From Paecilomyces variotii (lineage: Eukaryota), in NCBI GenBank assembly GCA_004022145.1, contig RCNU01000007.1: 64,000 nucleotides of DNA; one strand, 5' to 3'. A program made the translations under genes and the position numbers. Below, piece after piece: positions 53,599 through 64,000 of this stretch. The notes under the pieces were generated by a model. It saw nothing but the letters and a program-made list of their open reading frames with translations, did no database searches and was not told where the DNA came from. Numbering within the stretch: the stretch's first letter is position 1; every line of letters begins with the position of its first letter.

Positions 53599-56500
53599 CT
53601 AAAAAAAGTCTATTTCTTATATATAATTTAATAATTTATCTCTATTAAGCCTAAGAATATTAATTTTATATCCTTAATATTATAATACTTAAGTAATAGG
53701 AATTATATATAGCCTTATTATTTTTATAAAAGCGAGCCCTATAATATCTATATCCTTATTATCTATATTATAGATAGATAAGGCTAGAAGCTTATTTATT
53801 ATAGGATAAGAGGTTTTAAGATATATTATTCTAAAAAAGATCTTTAGGTATTTTTCTTATAGTTTATATATAAATATCTTATCTATTCTCTTAATTCTCT
53901 TTTCTTAAAATCTAATATAATTACTATAAGATAAATATATTTAGAATAAATTATCTCTATAATAAACTTTTTAATTAGATATTATTCTTAATTAAACTTA
54001 AAAACTATAATAAACTTATTTAGGGAAATAATTAATCTTTTAAAACTATTTTAATAGAACTAATTTGCGTTCTATAATTATATAATTCCTATAATTTAAG
54101 CTATATATACTATAAAGAGCCTTTAAAAATAGATTAAGAATAGGGAGAAGAGATAAATAAAAAAAGATACCTATCTCTTTAAAGATAAGCTTTAAGGGGA
54201 TTAAATTCTAGATTTATACTATTTTGTATTTTACTATATCTAAATTAAACATATTAATATTATCTCTATTCTCTTTAACTAGATATATTTATAAAAGATT
54301 TATAAAGAATTATAGATAATTATTATAAAGATTTATTATATACTAAATAAGCTTAGATTTAATATTATTATATATCTTTTAAAGAAGTAAAAGTAATATT
54401 CTTTAAAAACTTTCTTATTATAATAATATCTTTTTAATATCGCAGTAATTTATTTAACGCATAAGCTATTTATAAAACCTAAGGAATTAAATTAGATTAA
54501 TTTATATATATATATTAATTCGGAGTTATTAATAGGCTATTTACCTATGTTTATCTTCGCTAATTAATACATTACAGTTATTAGGGACAGCATATTCCTT
54601 TGCTTAATTAACATAATGTAATCTAATGTGTATATTTGGCCGACACTTAATAGCGTAATATTCTTGGCTTTTCTTTATTTCCTATAGGCGACTTATCCAA
54701 ATAGAAACCTCTAAGCCGGCAGGTAATGGGCTTCGTGATATTCGTAAGACAGAATTAGATCGCGATTTAGCCGGGCGAATTTCTTCTGCAGCAACAGCTG
54801 CGATCTCAAGTAGTGTTTATATCCCCTTACGCCCTTCAATGATAATTTCTCTTAGTTTGTGTCTATCGTACTTACTCATCGATCGCTATGCAAGCACTGA
54901 ATTACTCTTGGCTATCGACGCGAAAATACCAGTGACGAGGCTAACGGGCGAATGAAGTAGATATATCTTGTCGATAAACTGCTTTAATGCTTTTAAGTAA
55001 GAAGAGTCAAACTAGTTTTTATTAAGACAACAATGAAGAAGCAAAGGAATAATAATCGATGCGCGTGCATGTTCTTGTAGTTGATAGCTCTCGAGATAGG
55101 TTACCGGAGATTATAAGCGACCCTATCCTGAAGGAAACTAGAACTTTCGAAGAGCAGACAAATATTCGATTTTCCTATTTGGTGATAATATTGTATTAAC
55201 TAAAAGAGAATGTGCTGTCTTTAATATCCCTGCATATTCTGAATAACACAGGTCTAATAGGAAATAAGTTATAAGATTAAGACTGGGTGCTATCTGCAAT
55301 AATAGCGATTTTTACTTTGCGATACTATATTTAGATAATAGCTTCTTATAAGCAATTAAACTACACATTTCTGTAATTATTTAAATATTAATAGTTTAAT
55401 AGTAATAGCGACTAAAAAGCGTAGTGTTATAGTCTAAGTTTAAGCAATCTTTCTCAGTCGCAAGATATTAACAATATCTACAATTTGCTGTCTGTCTTTT
55501 AATACCGGCATTATCCTATTACTGTAGCATATCCCTAAGAAATATATGCACATATACTACTAGCTTAGTCTTTTCTCCGCGTATCTTAGTCTTAATACTA
55601 TAATCTAATTGTAAAAGCCTTTTTAGGGATAATATTATATTAGTAAAATTACTTCTATGCGGTCCTAATATAATAGAATAGATATTATTATATTTAGCCC
55701 TTTCTACTGCATTGAGATAAGCTAGGATTATATAGATTCTTATTAGACTTTAGTATATATTGCGGTATAATCTAAAGCTATTAATAAAGAGCTAATATAG
55801 AAAAGATAAACATTTCCTAGCAAAAAAGGTATCTACTAGTTGCTTCCTTCTATAGGTTGCAATCTCTAGTTCGTCGCGTAGAGGTGTCGTTAGACAAAGA
55901 GGGCGAACTGAGGTAATATCTTGATTAACTACTTGTCGAATAAGATATCTATTAGTTAGTTTAATAATACGACTCGAAAACCCATTTTAGAATTAATAGT
56001 CGAAAAGGACTATTTTTTCCCGATAGAGAATATCTAATTCCGATAAATACAGGTATCTATTCTCATAGATTATTAATTTATTTTCCTTAAATAGTAGACC
56101 CGTGCTTTTAAGTAATATATGTAAATAATTAGTTATAGCCTTATAGTTAATAAGTTTCTGAAGCTGTAATTTTATACTCCCCTTGCAATTAGTATTAGAC
56201 CTATAATCTTTTCCCGCAGCTATAATACGCCTAATATAAGCTTATAAGTTAGACGATTAGCACTTAAGTCTACAGGTTATATTAGAATATTTATAGCGAA
56301 CGATATTAGAAGAAAATATTAGTTAGTTATTAGCAGAATATCTACTAAATTCGCCTAATATTAATTATATAGATCCTGCCTATAATAAAGACTCCTATAA
56401 TTCTGCAGAATAATCTATAAAGTAAGCTATTTTTATATATATCTTTAAGAGATCTTAAGACTTAATAAAAGCGATAAAAAGCGCAATAAAGTCTAAAAAA

Positions 56501-57300
56501 ATATATCTATTATATTAAAGTTTTTATAAGTTATTTTTTTATAGTTAATAATATAGAAAGTTATATAAATATAATTATAATTTTTATTTTCCTTACTAAT
56601 AAAAAAGGGAATTACCCTTTAATATAAACTTTTAGAATTATTAGGGACTTTAAAAGTCTATTAATCTTAAATATATCTTATAGTATATTTAGAATTTCTA
56701 GGAGAGTAATATATTAATAATATAAGATACCTATATTCTTATATTATAAATTAAGAAATAATATAAAACTCTGTAATATTTCTTAAAACTAAATTTATAG
56801 AATTTCTTTAAAACTATCGAGATCTTCTCTAATTAAAGATAGACCTAGTAAGGGTAATATAAATAATAATATATCTAATACTTGCTTAAAAGCAGGCTTA
56901 GGTTTAATAGAATTCTTTAATTATTTATCCTTAAAAGCAATATCTATTATAGTATTATTAAGCAAATATAATAAATTTTTATAAGATAAATTTATATTAA
57001 TATTCTATATATCTTTATATATATTTAAATTGCCAGCCTATAGATTAGTTAGTTTTTATTATTTACTTAAATAGCTATAAGGTATAATAGATATTAATCT
57101 TATTATTAAAAGATTTTTCTAATTATACTAATATTATTCTGCTTATTTTTATAGACTATTCCCTTTCTATTAAAAATATTAGCTTATCTTTATATATTCT
57201 TTACTAATAATATAATCTATCTAATACTGGACTTAGATCTAGATACTCTTAGTCTTATATTCTACTGCTAGCAGTATATTACATATACTTTTTTAAAGAG
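53599..57300 (-). mobile_element. RIP-inactivated large DDE transposase gene, CACTA/EnSpm (CMC)-like; 5' end approximate
   Basis: Reverse-strand translation with TAG/TAA read as W/Q/R and C>T/G>A reversal gives LWxExxGISR (about 56720), ELWxSxSWAGSVRSTSGEF (about 56380), LFIDGFGLYRNMYxSLMGIY...TLGPHGSNF (55790-55650), GDMPQQQDNAGIKRQTANCGCRxC (55536-55465), FPSGWGRLQSP (about 55120), RPNxHIGLHY...NCNVLIGEDKHR (54645-54548, then a GT intron) and a C-terminal CTWEIDFF-stop at 53599. Confidence 0.75.
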
Positions 57301-60300
57301 TAAAATCTATACCTAGATATTTTAAACTTAAGGAAATAAATATTAAAAATAAAATATTGCTAATAATCTATAGAATATATTAATCTAATAAAAAATATTA
57401 TTAATTATATAAGCGAATATTTAGTAAGACTTAAAGTAAAATAATCTTATATTCTAATAAGGTAAAAGTATAAAAGTAAGGTTATACTATGTTATAAAAT
57501 AGCAGTTAGGACTAGCAGTTTCTTATATAACTAAGATTTTGCTCTGAGGAAATCTTTAAGAATAATTTTATTATAGTAAAATTAGGCGGCTTAAAAAAAC
57601 TACTTCCTAGGCCTTTATAAAAAAAAACTATTGCCTTAACTAAGAATATATAAATATACTTTATATTTATTATATGTGCCAATATTTTTTTTCTTTAAAT
57701 ATTATTAGCCTTTTAAGCTATTAGATTAGTCTAAGAATTTTATTTAAACCTATTCTTTTTAATTAGTTATAAGCCTAGGTTTATAGTAACTTAGGAGAAA
57801 TAGCTATATAGCAAAAATTATTTTATTTTAAATATTTAAGTTTAAACTAATAATAATAAGCTATCCTTATATAAGAGGACCTATAATAAAACTGCTCTAG
57901 TATTATATTAGATATTAAACCTAATAGAAGTTAGATTTTATTAAAGATTAGAAAATTAATTTATTATTATTATATCCTTAATAAAAGATAAGAATAGTAA
58001 GAGGGGTAAATTAATTTTTATTTTTTTAAGGGAGAATTATAAGATATAGTTTTTATATATAAAAAAGTAGCTCTTTAATAAGAATTGCTAGAATACTATT
58101 AAATTATTTAAAAAAAAAAGCTAAGATAAGAAAATGTTTAGAAAGACTAATATAATTATATAATATTAAATTATTAAATGCCTCTTAAATAGTAATTAGG
58201 AGAATTTTATAGATTTATCTAGTATAGAGAATTTATAGAAGGGATTATAAATAAAATATAAATAATCTCTTTTTACCTAGAAATATTAGCTTATTTAATA
58301 ATATATATAATTTTAAATAACCCCCGGACAGATAATTTTAAATACTTAGGAATAACTAGACTTAATAGGGAAGAAAATTAAGATATATAATAAAAATATA
58401 TCTTCTTTAGCTGAATTTAAAGCTAAGATTTAATAATTATTTTTAGCCTTATTTAAAAAATATGCTATTACTAGAATAGTAATTAATATATAAATAAGCC
58501 TAAATATAGATAAAATCTTAAGTATTTTAGAGGAGGTAAAAGCCTAACTTTAAATAAAGCTAATTATTATATTCTTTATTAAAAATAAATAAACCTTAAT
58601 TAAATATTATATCTGTAAGAAAGATTATTATATTAAAGACTGCCTATTTTTACCTATTATTTAGAAAAATATAAGAGATAGCTAAAGATAAAGAAAAGAG
58701 TTTTTTAAATAAATATTTAATAGTCCTATTATCTAAGATAAGAAGATAATAGACTTAATTATTAAAATCTATAAAAAGGTTTAATCCTTAAAGAATAAAA
58801 GATTAAAGGATAGAAAGTATAAGGTATATAAAATAAAAGAAATTTTAGACTCTAAGAAGAGCTAATCTTAATTAAAATCTTTAACTTTAGTTATTTTTAA
58901 TAATTAAGTCTTATATAAGATTATCTATTTTTTAAAAGATATTATTAATAAGAATTTATCTTAATAATATATAAATAATAATATTAGTTTATATATAATT
59001 AATAAGAGCTATTGCTTTAAAGAACTATTAATTTAGATTTAATAAAGATATATTTATATAGGTAGAGAGATCTTATATTTAGAATATATAAAAATAGCTA
59101 TTTTAAGAAATAAGAATAAGAAGGGGTTAGACCTAGAAAATATACTATTTATACTAAATCTTAGGGTAAATCTTTTATTAATTAAGATATTCTACTAATA
59201 ATTAAATATATACAGGTATTTTAATAAAAGAATAATATTTATATTAAATAAGTTAGATAAGGTTATAATTTAAGGTATTATTAAATATAGAGTCTATATT
59301 ATTAAGAGGGTCTTCTTAGACTAAATGCTAAAGTTATAATATATGCCTATTGTATTATTATTTATTAAAAATGCCTTTAATACTATAATTATAAACTAAG
59401 AAAAAAGATTTTTTTAAAATAAAATTATTCCTTTATTTTATTAAAATAAAATTAAGAAGAAGTATTAACTATAGTATAGGAGAATTAGCTATCTTAGATT
59501 TAAAAAGGTTAGAAATTTATATAACTTAATTATATTAAAGAAATCTATTAAAGTAATAATAGATTATTAGTATATAATATATATTATAGCTAATATTAGA
59601 AATAAAAAAGAGACTATTAATATATAAAAGGCTGGCATTCTTAAACTTATCTATATAGATATATATAGTTAAATGCTAAAGTTTAAAGATAAATATATCT
59701 ACTTTTTAATAATTATAGATAACTTCTTAAGAAAAATATAGGTATTTCTAATAAAAGCTAAATCTAATACTGCCCTTATCTTAAATAAATAAAAAAGGGA
59801 GATTAAGATAATAATAGGTCTCTAAATTCTTAGTATATAATTAGATAATATATTAAAATTTAAGAATCTTTTTAAGACTTAAAGGAAATAGTTTAGTATT
59901 TACTATAAATTAATAGTTTTATATATATTAATATAAAATAAAGCTATAGAATAAGTATATTAGACTATTAAAAAAAAATAAGAGCTATACTTAAAAATTT
60001 AAACCTTCTAGTTAAATTATAGGTAGAGATAGTTTAAACTAATATATATATTAGAAATAGAGTATTAAATAGACTAATAGTTAATAGGATTTAAATATTT
60101 TTAGAAGAAGCCTTTATTAGAGCTAAGCTGTTAATTAATTACTTAAAAATATAAAGATATTAAATAGTATTATATATAAACCTAGAATCTTTACTATAAA
60201 ATATATAAAGGGATAAATTAATAGATTAAAGTAGAATCTATATTTTTATAAAATATATTAAAAAAATAGATAAATAATAAAAAGTTTAGGCTTTAAATAT

Positions 60301-61436
60301 AAAAAAGATTATTAAGACTTATTAAGCTAAATTTTTTAAGAATAAACTAAGAGGAGATTTAAACCTTAAGATTCCCTAAAGATTATTATCAAATATAATA
60401 TTAATAAAAAACTTAAGGAGTTAATTAGCAATCTAATATATTATTTTAAGTATATATATATTCTTAAATAAAAAGAAAAATAATATTAATAATTAGGAGG
60501 AGAGCTATAAGAAAGTTTTAGTTTTTCCTTAAAAAGAAAAAGAAGTTTTTTATTAAAAAAAAATTAAAATATTTTATTATAATAAAATTATAGAATAAAA
60601 AGAGATACTTAATTATTCTTACTTTAATAATCTAAATAATTATAAAGATTTATAGATAAATCCCTTATTCTTATTAAGTAGATAAGTTATATCTTATATA
60701 GAGATCTTCTATATAGCAAAGTATAAAAAAAAAGAAATTAAGTTATTAGATAATAAATAAGATACTAAAAAATTATATTAAGTAATATTTATATTAAATC
60801 TTCTATCTTTAGATATTAATATAGATTAGGAGAAATATATAAAATAAGTATTAAATACTATAATAGCAATATATATAGTAAAAAAATATATTCTAATCTT
60901 AAACTTATATTATGCTATAATTAATAATCCTATTTAAGATAAATTATAGCGGAGTATATTTAAAGCTAAAATAGATATACTCTAAATAAATAAAATTTTT
61001 AAAGTAATTATATTATTATTAGGAGCTAATATTATAATTAGCTATTAGATATTAGCTATAAAGTATAATTTAAATAGTTCTTTTTAAAAGCTTAAGATAT
61101 ATTTTATTATCTAAGGGTTTACTTAAAAATATAGTATTAATTTTAAGTATATCTTTACTTCTATCTTATAATATAATATATTATAAGTATTTCTAGCTAT
61201 TATTATAATAAAAGATTATAAATATTATATTATAGATATTAATAATACCTTTATAAAATTAATATTAAAGGAGAAGATTTATATAATACTTTTATTAGGA
61301 ATAAATATATTATTAGAAATAGTATTAAAAGTTCTTTAATCTTTATATAGTTTAAAGCAGGCTATAAGAGATTAGAATTAAACTTATATAAAAATATTCT
61401 AAAAAATAGGTTTTATATAAACTAATATTAATCTAT

Positions 61437-61773
61437 TATTATAGGAAGATGTATTAAAACTTAATATAGAGTCTTTAAGCAAGTAAGTATTAAGAAGGAA
61501 AAGAAAGATATTTAGCTTTAGAGCTTAGAATAGAGCTAGAGGAAAAGCTCTAGCTATAAACTAATATAATAAACCAATAATAATCTAATACTAAACTAAT
61601 ACTAAATAATAATAAAAAAGAAAAGCTAATTATTTTATTTTAAATAACTAAAAAATATCTCCTTACTACTTCTTCTCTTCTCTTACTTTACTTATAAACT
61701 TTTTAAAAACTTTAAATAAAAGTATATAATCTCTTAATTAATTACATTCTTTATACTAATTCTTCTTACTATA
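61437..61773 (-). repeat. 3' LTR (337 bp) of nested element
   Basis: Colinear with 63625-63959; differences mostly G/A and C/T transitions. Confidence 0.9.
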
Positions 61774-63624
61774 TAGCCTCCCCTTTTTTAAGAATAAATA
61801 CCTCTATTTACCTTCCTTAATTATTATAGTCTATACTATCTCCTCCTTTTAATATTATAAATTATTCTTAAAGTAAGAATGCTCTAGTTTCTAATATTAT
61901 ATATATCTTAAAACCCCTAACTTATAAAGCTAAATTCCTTTCCTTTATAAATAATCTTAGACTAATAATATATCTTACTTTAATATAAAATATAACTCTA
62001 CTTTAATTTCTAAATAATCTTAGTTTAACTAATTAAATATTGCTCTATTTATAACTATAACTCTATTTACTTAAATATTAAAAGGCCTAGATTCTTCTTA
62101 GTTAAATCTTATCTTATCTTATTCCTTATAATTAAAATAGCAGATATTATTAAAATTTATTCTCTAATTCTCTAATATTAGCTAATATAAATTATTAATA
62201 AAGATTATTTTTCCCTATTTAAATATAATATCTCTTAAGCTTATAATTTCCTTAAACTTATCTCTAATAATTAGTCTAATCCTTAAGATTATAAAACTCT
62301 AGCCTATTTCTCTCTTAAGGATTATAATCTCTATATTTAATACTCTTAGCTTATATTCCCTAAAATATTAGACCTATAATCTATATTTATTATAACTATA
62401 TAGTACTAACTAGATTAAATAAACCTAGATATTTTATGCAATAACCTTCTAAAAAATATTTTTAAATAAGTTCTTAAGCTCTATTAATCTTTTACTTTCT
62501 TTTTTATAATAAAGGGCTATTTTTACTTCTATAATAATATATTATAGCATCTCTTCTACTAGTTTCTTTTTAAAGGATATAATTTAAAAAACCCTATTTA
62601 CTTTCTAATAGTTAAAATTCTCCCTTATTATAATATCTAACTAGATATATTAGTCCTATATCTTATTTAAAGTAAAGTCTTCTTTACTTAGATTAAAATA
62701 TTTTCTGTCTTTATATTTAGATTTAGGATTCTAATATAGCTTAATATTCTTAATTATACTCCTTTAAGTCCTTAAAGCTATTATATTTTATATTTTTAAA
62801 CCTTTCTAGCTATTAGATATTATATTTCCTTTAATACTTATTATAATAAATATACTCTTATTTAATTGCTTCTGCCAGTTTTAAGTAATTCTTTTCTTTA
62901 TATTTAAGTTAAATATTTATCTATAATAATATTAATAGACTATAATAATCTATAAACTATTTAATTTTTTTCTCTTCTAGGAGTTAATTTATCTTATATA
63001 GCCTTTTAAAAAGCCTTAAATAATAAGTAATATTATTCTCTTTAAAATATAGTGCCTTAAGATTTCTAGGCATTAGCATCTATAAAGCTAATATAACCTA
63101 GATTAGCTATACTATTAGTAGTCCTATATTTTTAAATACCTAAGTTATTTATATCTTTAGACCTAATAATATTAAAAAACTAAGAGTCCTTCTATTTTAA
63201 CTAATATTAAAAAAATTAGTGCTTTTCTCTATATTTTTTTAAAAGAATAGTAATAAAGATAATAATAAAAAATTCTTCTACTTTTTAATAAATAATTCTT
63301 ATTTAATAATTTTTTATTTTTTTTAAATTTTTACTTCTCTTTTATACTTGCTAAGCTTTTCCTTATATTTAATAGTCTTTTCTTTTTCTTATTATTAATA
63401 TATATTTTTACCTTATATTATATTTACTGTCTCTGCTAATTTAAAAAATATATTTATCTCTTTCTATTTATAGTAGTAATCTTCCTTAATTATTTTATTT
63501 ATTTTTTTATTACTTCTTATCCCTTTTTTTAACTTTAGCCTTAACCTTAGTTTTTAATTCTCCTTTCTCCTTTCTCCCTTATTTCTATTTAATATTTTAA
63601 TACCCCCTATATTTAGCTCTAATT

Positions 63625-63959
63625 TATTATAAGAAAATATATTAAAACTTAATATAGAGTCTTTAAGTGAGTAAATATTAAAAAAGAAGAGAAAGATATT
63701 TAGCTTTAGAGCTTAAAGTAGAGCTAAAAAAAAAGCTTTAGCTATAAACTAATATAATAAACTAATAATAATTTAATACTAAACTAATACTAAATAATAA
63801 TAAAAAAAAAGCTAATTATTTTATTCTGAATAATTAAAAGGTATCTCCTTACTACTTCTCCCCCTCTCTTGCTTTACTTATAGACTTTTTAAAGACTTTA
63901 AATAAAAGTACATAACCTCTTAACTAATTACATTCTTTATACTAATTCTCCCTACTATA
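63625..63959 (-). repeat. 5' LTR (335 bp) of nested element
   Basis: Colinear with 61437-61773; termini TATTA...TATA consistent with RIPed TG...CA. Confidence 0.9.
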
Positions 63960-64000
63960 CTATACTTATTATAATATTTAAAAAAAGAGATCTTATTTTT

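Larger units (their letters stand above)
61437..63959 (-). mobile_element. Nested 2.5-kb non-autonomous (gag-only) LTR retroelement with 4-bp TSD
   Basis: Direct repeats 61437-61773 and 63625-63959; CTAT on both flanks; polypurine tract AAAAAAGGGGAGGCTA (minus strand) next to the left LTR; gag-like MPxPGNPEAPYFEGNNVT motif after de-RIP near 63079-63020. Confidence 0.85.
52400..64000. other. AT-rich RIP-mutated repeat block (heterochromatin-like)
   Basis: Sharp GC drop, TpA excess, CpA/TpG depletion, and no ORFs of 60 aa or more in the track. Confidence 0.93.
57490..64000 (+). mobile_element. RIP-degenerated Ty1/Copia LTR retrotransposon (interrupted; runs off window)
   Basis: Putative 5' LTR 57490 to about 57762 followed by AGTTATAAGCCT (RIP form of the GGTTATGAGCCC PBS). 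De-RIPed gag CCHC CYICKEDHYVKDC (about 58605-58645), protease DSGASSHMT (about 58970), LWHRRIGHLG (about 59470), integrase HIDICG/QNxxAER (59650-59960), RT KARLVxQGF, DVNNAF (about 61235) and SLYGLKQAARDW (about 61340). Copia order PR-INT-RT. Confidence 0.88.

Noticed and set aside
49870-64000. Starship element
   Set aside because: No DUF3435 tyrosine-recombinase captain recognised in the window. One beyond 64 kb cannot be excluded.
52400-64000. Mitochondrial insertion (NUMT) or contaminant explaining the AT richness
   Set aside because: TpA-biased composition and recoverable transposon motifs indicate RIP-mutated nuclear repeats.

Overview
Eukaryotic, intron-containing genomic DNA from a filamentous ascomycete. 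Gene style and repeat-induced point mutation (RIP) suggest Eurotiales (Aspergillus/Paecilomyces-like; an inference). 1-44 kb is a gene-dense housekeeping block: SNF5, DHA1 MFS transporter, PDS5, RING+PHD protein, saccharopine-dehydrogenase-like oxidoreductase, epoxide hydrolase, pinin, PHF5A/RDS3, twinfilin-like, SFC1, SBF transporter, PEX26, PARN-like nuclease, mL46, CRIPT, DUF1349. 44-51 kb is an accessory/decaying zone: an FAD monooxygenase with a C-terminal frameshift, an alkaline ceramidase, a monocarboxylate-transporter gene cut off after its first motif, and an intact 4-exon HNH-family nuclease whose stop lies about 27 bp from that cut. 51.4-52.2 kb holds phased motif arrays. From about 52.4 kb to the end is AT-rich RIP-mutated repeat DNA invisible to the ORF track. 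Manual de-RIPing resolves it into a large CACTA/CMC-like DDE transposase gene (minus strand), a Ty1/Copia retrotransposon (plus strand), and a 2.5-kb gag-only LTR element with 4-bp target duplication nested in the Copia RT. Best candidate for an undescribed system: a large CMC-type DNA transposon with structured ends, possibly carrying the HNH nuclease as cargo. All family calls are motif recognition by eye; no database searches were run.
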